In this document: positions 56,944-64,000 of the stretch, piece after piece
How positions within the stretch are numbered: the stretch's first letter is position 1
Layout: every line of letters begins with the position of its first letter
Program-made: the position numbers and the translations under genes
Source of the DNA: a virus
IMG/VR virus record: IMGVR_UViG_3300042448_000816
Location: 32,001 to 96,000 of that record
Strand: one strand, 5' to 3'
DNA: 64,000 bases
Notes under the pieces: model-generated
What the model was told of the DNA's origin: nothing
The model's database searches: none
What the model saw: the letters and a program-made list of their open reading frames with translations, nothing else

Positions 56944-58293
56944 TTACGAGATATTGTTAGCTGCTTGTGTCAAGAATTTTTCTAAATCTTCTGGAGTTCC
57001 TAAGCCATACATGGTATCTACAAACATTGGTAAAATTCTTTTATTATCTTGAATTGCTTCGTTGTACACTGGACAGATATAGAATTCATTATTTACCCTG
57101 ATATTTTTATCAATCATCTGCTCTGCATATTTTACGTAGTCGGAGCCCTTTGCCCAACCATATATCCCAGTACTTGCATTATTGCTTATAACCACCTTTT
57201 CTGCAACTCCAATAATCCTATTGTTTTGAATTTTTGCATAAGACCACTTATTTTCATTAGCTAAAAACAGGGCCATGTTTCCGTCACAACCTAGTTCAAG
57301 TAGCTGGGACATAAACTCTGAGCTATCCCAATCTAAAATTTGATCGGAGTTTGCGATGATTAATGGTTTAGAATTATCAATATGTTCTTTTGCAAGAAGT
57401 GCCGTTCTTGCTGCACCATCTGTTACTCCATCTATCTGAATAATTTTACAACCAGGAACAAGTTTTGTGAGAGCAAGCTCAAGACTGTACTTTTCATAAT
57501 GCTCAGCTTGAACAATAAAAATATATTTTCCAGGAATACCGATGTTTTCAACTACTCTTTGAATCATTGGTTTGCCATCAACATCAATTAGTGGTTTGGG
57601 GTCTTTATATCCAGCATTAAAAAATCTAGAGCCGTTTCCTGCCATTGGTATTAATATATTTGGAAAACTATTAGGGGTTAAAAACTCTATTGCTTTAGAT
57701 ATATAAGATAGCGAAATATCTTTTCTTTCTGTTACTGGAAACAGTTTTGCCAAAGACGCTTTAGCTGCTGCTAGGCCTATTTCGCTGTCTTCAAAGATTA
57801 TGGTTGTTTCTGCAGAAGATCCTAGCAAAGACATCATTATTTTATAAATTTCTGGATTTGGCTTTGGATTAGACACATCTTCGTTGCTAAGAGCGTAATC
57901 TATAAATTCATAAACCCCCAAACTTTTTAAAGATCCAACAACCGTTTCTCTTATGGCATTACTTGCAACACCGATTTTAATATTAAACGATTTTATAAGT
58001 TTAAAAATGTTTATCAGGTCTTCATCTTTTTCAAATACCTGAAACATTTTTGATGAGTAAATTTGCTTCTTTTCCCAAATAACATTATGAAGCTCTTTCG
58101 GTAACCCCTTAGAGTATGAAAGAATATCTAGTTTTGCTTTTGTGCTAAGGCCCTCATAGGTCAAAGCCTGTTCTTCTTTAGATATTGCATATGAGCTATC
58201 TATTTCAGATAGAGCAAGATTCAGGGCATCAAAGTGAATCTCTTTACTATCTATCAGCACCCCATCTAAGTCAAAAATAAAAGCATTATTCAT
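56944..58293 (-). CDS. HAD phosphatase - sugar nucleotidyltransferase fusion
   Basis: FDLDGVL, KPNP, FEDS (HAD); IPMAGNGSRF...PKPLI, NSD, EFY, GLGTPED (NTP transferase). ATG 58293 is the likelier start. Confidence 0.85.
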   Translation of the reverse strand: MNNAFIFDLDGVLIDSKEIHFDALNLALSEIDSSYAISKEEQALTYEGLSTKAKLDILSYSKGLPKELHNVIWEKKQIYSSKMFQVFEKDEDLINIFKLIKSFNIKIGVASNAIRETVVGSLKSLGVYEFIDYALSNEDVSNPKPNPEIYKIMMSLLGSSAETTIIFEDSEIGLAAAKASLAKLFPVTERKDISLSYISKAIEFLTPNSFPNILIPMAGNGSRFFNAGYKDPKPLIDVDGKPMIQRVVENIGIPGKYIFIVQAEHYEKYSLELALTKLVPGCKIIQIDGVTDGAARTALLAKEHIDNSKPLIIANSDQILDWDSSEFMSQLLELGCDGNMALFLANENKWSYAKIQNNRIIGVAEKVVISNNASTGIYGWAKGSDYVKYAEQMIDKNIRVNNEFYICPVYNEAIQDNKRILPMFVDTMYGLGTPEDLEKFLTQAANNIS

Positions 58294-59374
58294 CTGACCT
58301 GTCCAAAAAAGTTTTAATTCTATGGTCTTTTTCAATTTTGTCTTTCAAAACCTCAAAGCTTCTTTCATTATTATGAATTCCAAAATAGGTGTGATCTTTG
58401 TAAAATGCTAAATTTTTGTAAAAGTTATGAAGCTCTTGTGTGTAATAGGGATCTGTTATATCTTTTGCACGTCCAGGAACCCCAACTGGAACTACTAATG
58501 GCGTAATAATTTCAATAAGTGTTTGTCCTGATTGCATAAAAGCCGCATTGGCCAAACCAGATCCAGTTATTGACGCTAAAACTTTTGTTTCATAAAAAAG
58601 ATCTAGCTGTTCTTGAAAAGATCCAAGCTCTTCTGTTTTTACAATTTCGTAACCCATGGACTCAAATAGACTGTCTAGTTTTTCGTGGTCATCCATTCTA
58701 TCGTCGTTAGAATGAGACAGTGTTGGTGCATTATAGTCTCTTCCAGCTGTTAAAGCTCTACTAATAAAAACTTTTCTAGTAGGCTTGGCTTTTGGGTTAG
58801 AAAGTCGCATCTTAAAAAAATCATAAACTAGGCTTGCTTTTCTAATTGACTCAAGCTCGTATCCTACTATCCTAAAATTATTTATATAAATAATGTCGTA
58901 CTTCTTTAAATTAACAATCCTATATTTTATTTTTTTCATTTTTAGGGTTTCTAAAAAATACAAAAACACATTGTGATATAGAAATCCTTTAGAGGGATCT
59001 GTTTTAAGAGATTCTTGCGTTTCACTAACATCAATAACTAGTTCGTGTTTTGGATATGACTCTAGTGCATAGATAACTTCCGACATGTTGTCTAACAATG
59101 AGTGATAAAAACTATTTACCATGGATACAACTAGCTTATTTTTATTGCTTAAGATATTTAAAGTTTTTTTGGAGCTTGAGTCTATATACCCAGGAATCAT
59201 GTTTACGTCTGGCAAAAAATAAAAAAGATCATCGCTTGTTTCAGCAACGATGTTTCTTACTGTATAGACTCCTTCATAATAATCTAGCCTGTCATACTGC
59301 TCCATATCGGACATCTCTATGGTTTTAACAATATTATTTCTTTTTCTTAAGAAAAAACTGAAAGGGTATTTCAT
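58286..59374 (-). CDS. Glycosyltransferase family 61-like
   Basis: SFYH, KVFISR, GYEIV..E, QLDLF, TGSGLANAAFMQSG..LIEI. Confidence 0.8.
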   Translation of the reverse strand: MKYPFSFFLRKRNNIVKTIEMSDMEQYDRLDYYEGVYTVRNIVAETSDDLFYFLPDVNMIPGYIDSSSKKTLNILSNKNKLVVSMVNSFYHSLLDNMSEVIYALESYPKHELVIDVSETQESLKTDPSKGFLYHNVFLYFLETLKMKKIKYRIVNLKKYDIIYINNFRIVGYELESIRKASLVYDFFKMRLSNPKAKPTRKVFISRALTAGRDYNAPTLSHSNDDRMDDHEKLDSLFESMGYEIVKTEELGSFQEQLDLFYETKVLASITGSGLANAAFMQSGQTLIEIITPLVVPVGVPGRAKDITDPYYTQELHNFYKNLAFYKDHTYFGIHNNERSFEVLKDKIEKDHRIKTFLDRSDE

Positions 59375-59375
59375 T

Positions 59376-59717
59376 TTAATCAATATTTTCTTTAAGCAAT
59401 CTGGTCAGGGTTTCTATAAATTCCTGACTTCCTAAACAAAATGGTATACCTTTTGTTTTCCAAAAAACGTTAATTTTGTTGCCGACGCAAAAGGACAAGA
59501 ACCAAGACAAAAACTCTGAATCAAATTGTGTATCGTCCATTTCGTTTGCTTGTAAATATCCAAAACCATCTGCGTCTTCTAGAGAAATAAAGGCTTTGAT
59601 TAGCGAAGGTTTAAAGTGTTCTGGGACAGCCTGATCTATTTGCCAAAAACAAAAGGTTTTTGGTCCTAGCTTGCATTCTGGACATTCTCCACAAATTCTT
59701 TTTTTCTTTTTTGCCAT
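59376..59717 (-). CDS. Cys-containing hypothetical protein (YkgJ-like remnant)
   Basis: RICGECPEC...FCFW...PEHFKP; ATG 59717 is coupled to the upstream stop. Confidence 0.5.
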   Translation of the reverse strand: MAKKKKRICGECPECKLGPKTFCFWQIDQAVPEHFKPSLIKAFISLEDADGFGYLQANEMDDTQFDSEFLSWFLSFCVGNKINVFWKTKGIPFCLGSQEFIETLTRLLKENID

Positions 59718-60370
59718 TAAGAATACTTCTTTCTTGTCCAAAAATGTTTCTTGTAATAGTTAAATGGAGGATTGTGCATTGTATGCGTAAAAGATGGACG
59801 TTGATAGTTTAAAGAATCTTCTACACTTGAGGACCAGTCTTCTCTTTTAACTGGTATGGCTTGAGCAATTGGTGTTCCTGCTGGGATAATGCCAACAAAG
59901 TCTTTCTTAATTAAAAATGGAAAGTTTACCTCAAGTGGAAAATTGTCAGTATCTACAAGTCCAGAAAAACTGTAAAATGGCAAATCAATTCTGTTTATTG
60001 GGTGAACAAATAGTGTGCTGTAGCCCTTTGGTGTTTTTAGCACAAAAGAATTTATCCATTTATAAACAGTATTGTGATACTCTGGGGTAATTTTTAAATT
60101 AGCTATTTGAGGGTCTGCGTGTGATTCAATAACGTGGCTTATGGCTATATCCTGAGCAACCCCTCTGTTAAAAAATACATCTGCGGCAAGCGTAAGTGTG
60201 TATCCTGCGGTCATGGAGTCAAGAAGTGGAACACATTTTTTTAAAGTTTCCATTCCTTCTACAAATGGCTTAGATGTTCTATACCATTCTGGAATAGCCT
60301 TGTACGCTGGAACTGGATGTGGGATGTTTAAGTCTGGATGAACTGACCTAAAGCTAATCTTCTTTTTCAT
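59717..60370 (-). CDS. Conserved phage hypothetical (dUTPase-like beta fold?), paralogue 1
   Basis: TLKKCVPLLDSM..GY, KTPKGYS, P.NR.DLP, SG.VDTD, IPAGTPIAQ.IP.KR..W. Confidence 0.6.
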   Translation of the reverse strand: MKKKISFRSVHPDLNIPHPVPAYKAIPEWYRTSKPFVEGMETLKKCVPLLDSMTAGYTLTLAADVFFNRGVAQDIAISHVIESHADPQIANLKITPEYHNTVYKWINSFVLKTPKGYSTLFVHPINRIDLPFYSFSGLVDTDNFPLEVNFPFLIKKDFVGIIPAGTPIAQAIPVKREDWSSSVEDSLNYQRPSFTHTMHNPPFNYYKKHFWTRKKYS

Positions 60371-60734
60371 TTTGCACCTTTGGATAAAACTTTCTTTTAT
60401 TGTACCACATACCCTTTTTTACAAGTTGAGCTTTTGGATCATACGGTACTAGCTTTACGTTTTTGCTTAAAATTTGATCTGCAGTTTCTTTATTAATCCT
60501 AATTAGCTCAAGGACAATACCTTCTTTATTAATTAAGGCTATGTATTGCAATGGTAAACCTTTTAATCTATCGTCCTCTAGAGTCCAGGTGGCTCCTTCT
60601 GGAATTACTGGCTCCTTGCCTCTTTGCAAGTTAAACAACTTTACTCTTAAAATTTCTAACAAAAAACTTTTAATGGTTGGCCTATGCTCATTTAAAAGAT
60701 TTTCATAAATTTCTTTTTTAGTTTTTTTTCTCAT
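60354..60734 (-). CDS. Hypothetical protein
   Basis: ORF between the two paralogues. Confidence 0.55.
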   Translation of the reverse strand: MRKKTKKEIYENLLNEHRPTIKSFLLEILRVKLFNLQRGKEPVIPEGATWTLEDDRLKGLPLQYIALINKEGIVLELIRINKETADQILSKNVKLVPYDPKAQLVKKGMWYNKRKFYPKVQNEKED

Positions 60735-60735
60735 T

Positions 60736-61425
60736 TTAATTATAATCTTTTCTTATCCAAAACAACTTTTTGTAGCTTTTTCCTGGAGTTCTTACAGTGG
60801 CACCTTGTAGGGTATCTAGATAAGCAATACCCTGGTCATTCTGAATAGACTTCCAAGATTTTCTTTTTATTGGCAATAGTTGTGCAAATGGTGTCCCTGC
60901 TGGAACCATTCCCTCAAAATCTTCCCTAACAAAAAATGGAACATTTCCGCTAGTTGAGTATTTGTCTGTATCCATTATACCAGAGGTGATAGTCCACGGC
61001 AAGTCAAATCTGTTTAGTGGCTGAACCACTAGCATGCTCCACCCTCTAGGAGTTTTCATACCCCAGAATCCTCTAAATGCTAAATGATTTGGATAATGAC
61101 CAGCTGGCCTAGGAATTTTTTCCCCTAGATCTTTTCCTCTTTCAGCTATAAAATCTTCCAGGTCTTCTATGGAGTTCCATCTAATGTTTAGTGAACCATC
61201 TTCGTTTTTTGAAATAAAGATATCTACTGGAGTTACCAACATGTATCCGCTAATCATTGAATCTAAAAACGGAATGCATCTTTTAAGCCCAGAGTGCTCT
61301 TCTCCATTTTCGTCTATGGTTACTGTCTCAGAATCCTTATACCACTTTGGCAAAAACTTTTTTGCTGGCTGAGGCTGTCCCAGTCCCATATACTGTTTTT
61401 GTGAAAAAAATCTTATAATTTTCAT
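60736..61425 (-). CDS. Conserved phage hypothetical, paralogue 2 of 59717-60370
   Basis: LKRCIPFLDSM..GY, KTPRGWS, PLNRFDLP, SGIMDTD, VPAGTPFAQ.LP.KR..W. Confidence 0.6.
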   Translation of the reverse strand: MKIIRFFSQKQYMGLGQPQPAKKFLPKWYKDSETVTIDENGEEHSGLKRCIPFLDSMISGYMLVTPVDIFISKNEDGSLNIRWNSIEDLEDFIAERGKDLGEKIPRPAGHYPNHLAFRGFWGMKTPRGWSMLVVQPLNRFDLPWTITSGIMDTDKYSTSGNVPFFVREDFEGMVPAGTPFAQLLPIKRKSWKSIQNDQGIAYLDTLQGATVRTPGKSYKKLFWIRKDYN

Positions 61426-61426
61426 T

Positions 61427-63001
61427 CTAGTCTCTCTCTATTTTTACAGAGCTTCCAATCTCGCTATTTGTGTATTCTGCTTTTGATATTGATATTCCGT
61501 ATCTTGTATTTATTATAACACCTGTGGCATTGTAAATCAAGTCGTCTCCAATTTGAGTAATTGGGGTTATGTCTGAAAAGGCTTTAGCCGTAATTTGATT
61601 TCCAGAAGTTTGAACAATAATAGATTTAATTGTTTGTGCAGTAGAGACTATTGCGGAAGAAATCTCTGACACAGTATCGCTTACTGACTGAGAGATTCTT
61701 AGAATAGCTGAATAGGCAAAACTTTCTGGAACAAAAGTAGAGCTATAAGATATTGCAGAAGTATAGGATGTTCCAGCTGTATAAGTTGTAAGGCTAGAAA
61801 AAACAAGATCTGCAAAATAATTTGTAGAAGAAGAAAAGTTTGAAGCACTTGAATATGGTGTGGCAGAGCTAAAAGGTGTAGTAGATGAAAATGCAATTGC
61901 TGATGAGAATGCCCCACCCTCACTAGTGTAAAATGTATCAGAAAAATAGTTTGGTACACCAGCTGTGTATACTGTTGTTCCTGCAGAATAAGTTGGTGCT
62001 GCTGAGGTGTAAACTGTTGTATCTTGGAAATAAGCTATTGCGGAAGTCCAGGATTGAGATGCGGTAACACCATTAATAACTGAGGTCCAGGTTTGAGATA
62101 AGTTCCAAAAATCCTGTCTAGACCAAACGTTTCCAAGTGCTGAGAACCAAGTCGTGGACTGAGTAAACGGACTTGCAGTATATGCTACTGGGCTTGCTCT
62201 TCTTGTCCACCTTCTTGTGTAGTTGGTGTTTGCGTTCCATGTGCTAGGACTTCTTGTATAAGGAGACCACCTGTTATATGAATTTGCTAAAGTAAAATTA
62301 GCAAATGAAGTATAAGCATTATTTTGACTAAAATAATTTGTTACACTTGTATATGGAGTAGCTACAGAAAAAACTTGAGCACTAGAAAAAGGTTGCAGGC
62401 TAGTAAACGGTGTGCTTGATGAAAATGTTGGGGTAGAAGAAAAGTTATCTAAAGAAGATGTATAGTTTGTAGCTCCAGCACTATAGCTTGTTAATCCAGC
62501 AGAGTATTCTGCTGGTAAAGATGAGTAAGTTGGAATTCCTACAGAATACACATCAGCAGCAGTAAAACCTGCCTCTGAAGAACTATACATGGTTTCCATG
62601 GTATAGTTAGCCTGACCGCTAAATGTTGCTGGTGCAGAGGTGTAGTTGGTAGCTGCTGGAATAGTGTTATACGCTGAATCTACAGATACCATCCACCAGT
62701 CAGCACTTGTCTGTACCCATAAAGCTACTCCAGAGCCTATTTCTGTATCTTCTAGAGTAATAATATTATTTTGTGTTGGCATGTTTATAACTGCGATTGG
62801 GTATTCGCTACCGTCGTCAGATGGCTGGGGTACGTAGTTAGCCACAGCCTTGCCACTTTGAACTTCAATTACTTTTGAGACAGCTTCCCACTGGCTACCG
62901 TCGCTAGCTGTGCCCAAAGATCCAGTGGTATTAGATCTAGAAGAAAATATATCTATAAATCTTTTTCTTACAGAAGAAAGTGATGAAGAGAATAGACCCA
63001 T
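61427..63001 (-). CDS. Virion surface protein with a long Ser/Thr-aromatic repeat insert
   Basis: ATG 63001 in a TAATG overlap; beta-sandwich-like ends flanking about 310 aa of [YFW][TS]xxxx(x) repeats. Confidence 0.7.
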   Translation of the reverse strand: MGLFSSSLSSVRKRFIDIFSSRSNTTGSLGTASDGSQWEAVSKVIEVQSGKAVANYVPQPSDDGSEYPIAVINMPTQNNIITLEDTEIGSGVALWVQTSADWWMVSVDSAYNTIPAATNYTSAPATFSGQANYTMETMYSSSEAGFTAADVYSVGIPTYSSLPAEYSAGLTSYSAGATNYTSSLDNFSSTPTFSSSTPFTSLQPFSSAQVFSVATPYTSVTNYFSQNNAYTSFANFTLANSYNRWSPYTRSPSTWNANTNYTRRWTRRASPVAYTASPFTQSTTWFSALGNVWSRQDFWNLSQTWTSVINGVTASQSWTSAIAYFQDTTVYTSAAPTYSAGTTVYTAGVPNYFSDTFYTSEGGAFSSAIAFSSTTPFSSATPYSSASNFSSSTNYFADLVFSSLTTYTAGTSYTSAISYSSTFVPESFAYSAILRISQSVSDTVSEISSAIVSTAQTIKSIIVQTSGNQITAKAFSDITPITQIGDDLIYNATGVIINTRYGISISKAEYTNSEIGSSVKIERD

Positions 63002-63999
63002 TATGTCAGGTCTCCTACTAGAACCCAAAGGTCTGAAGATCTCTTAATTAGTGACGCAGAAGACCATCTTGCACGTAGTCTTGGACCTGGGGTAGCGTTT
63101 ACGGTCACCCCTGAACTACCCTGAATGTCTACATTTCCAACATCAGTTCTTAGTATAGTTATCGTTGTTCCATTTTGAAAATTTTGAGAACTATCTGTAG
63201 GAACAGTTATAACAACTGGAACCGTAGTAGAAGAATTTGAAACTTCGATCAATGAACTTTTGTCTGCAAGAACCAGTGAATAATTTGCTGTTTTTTGAGA
63301 AATTGACACTACTGTTGGGGCATCTGCACCAGCTGCTCCTGTTGGTCCACGATCTCCAGTAATGCTAACTGGCATTGGAGATGTAATGCTTGCTAGTGTA
63401 CCGCCAGTATTATCAAATAAAACAGTTATGTCAACGCTTGTTCCAGTGATAGAAAACACTAATCCATCTGCATAAATCAGTGGGTTTGATGGGGATATAA
63501 TTCTTATTGGTGATCCAACGACTAGTGCGTCTACTTTGTTTACCGTTCCAGAAGCGGTAGAGGACGAATACGAGGAAAGAGTAAAGGTTATACCAGCATA
63601 CCCTAGTCCAGCTGTTCCTGTGGCTCCTGTGGGGCCCGTAGGGCCTGTGGGACCTGGAACAGTAGAGTCGTCGCCCCTTACTCCAGTGGGGCCAGTTGGC
63701 CCAGTTGGACCCTGAATTTGTCCAACGTTATTCCATTCTGTTCCATCCCAGATGTATAGGTCTCCGCCAATAAGGTAAGCATCATTAATGTTTACCCCTG
63801 GGTCTGGCAATAAACCAGCATTTGCCAAAGTTCCAAGAATAGAGATACCAGATCCGTCTACACCAGGAGGGCCCGTTGGTCCTGTTGGTCCCGTAAATCC
63901 TGTAGATCCAGTTGGTCCCGTAGGGCCTGGCACTGTTGATGTTGCACCTGTTGGTCCCTGTGGACCACTAGAAACAGATCCAAAAATTTCCCAAACAAC
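63001..63999 (-). CDS. Collagen-like (GPT repeat) fibre protein, 5' end outside the window
   Basis: The frame stays open to the window edge (VVWEIFGSVSSGPQGPTG...); GPT triplets; C-terminal YSLVLAD...WVLVGDLT domain. Confidence 0.85.
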   Translation of the reverse strand, partial: VVWEIFGSVSSGPQGPTGATSTVPGPTGPTGSTGFTGPTGPTGPPGVDGSGISILGTLANAGLLPDPGVNINDAYLIGGDLYIWDGTEWNNVGQIQGPTGPTGPTGVRGDDSTVPGPTGPTGPTGATGTAGLGYAGITFTLSSYSSSTASGTVNKVDALVVGSPIRIISPSNPLIYADGLVFSITGTSVDITVLFDNTGGTLASITSPMPVSITGDRGPTGAAGADAPTVVSISQKTANYSLVLADKSSLIEVSNSSTTVPVVITVPTDSSQNFQNGTTITILRTDVGNVDIQGSSGVTVNATPGPRLRARWSSASLIKRSSDLWVLVGDLT

Positions 64000-64000
64000 G

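Noticed and set aside
842-62837. All plus-strand ORFs in the track (e.g. 30063-30590, 35604-36017, 50638-51081) and short alternative-frame minus ORFs
   Set aside because: They lie inside or opposite well-supported minus-strand genes and show no recognisable motifs; they are shadow ORFs.
1-64000. tRNA/rRNA genes and stop-codon reassignment
   Set aside because: Intergenic gaps are short with no cloverleaf seen by eye (tRNAscan-SE not run), and the standard code gives full-length genes ending in TAA, TAG and TGA.

Overview
This window is a 64-kb segment of a large tailed dsDNA phage (Caudoviricetes, siphovirus-type tail). The host is inferred to be a low-GC freshwater actinobacterium. Every credible gene is on the minus strand, so the phage is read from right to left. 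First comes a fibre and glycosylation island at about 50.6-64 kb: collagen-like GPT fibres, a delta-60 repeat protein, a Ser/Thr-aromatic repeat protein, three GT61s, a GT2-TPR, a HAD-nucleotidyltransferase fusion and a GDPD-like enzyme. The head module follows (portal, protease with nested scaffold, major capsid), then neck and tail genes, a 3458-aa tape measure protein (TMP), and tail-tip and fibre genes. Next is a replication/recombination block (DnaB, DnaG, gp32-like SSB, DnaE, MazG, RecA, exonucleases, RuvC-like), a small nucleotide-modification-type module, terminase and a truncated class II ribonucleotide reductase. The most striking signal is inside the TMP. Two pairs of roughly 45-57-aa repeats each bracket a cargo of about 350-370 aa, one DUF3626-like and one a VIP2/Alt-like ADP-ribosyltransferase fold, which suggests a modular effector-injection polyprotein. 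Other notable points are tail chaperones G and GT apparently encoded by duplicated genes instead of a frameshift, an internal-start scaffold with repeated Lys-Ser sites, a likely virion glycosylation system, and a recurrent extended -10 promoter often positioned for leaderless translation. All family assignments come from motif recognition by eye; no searches were run.
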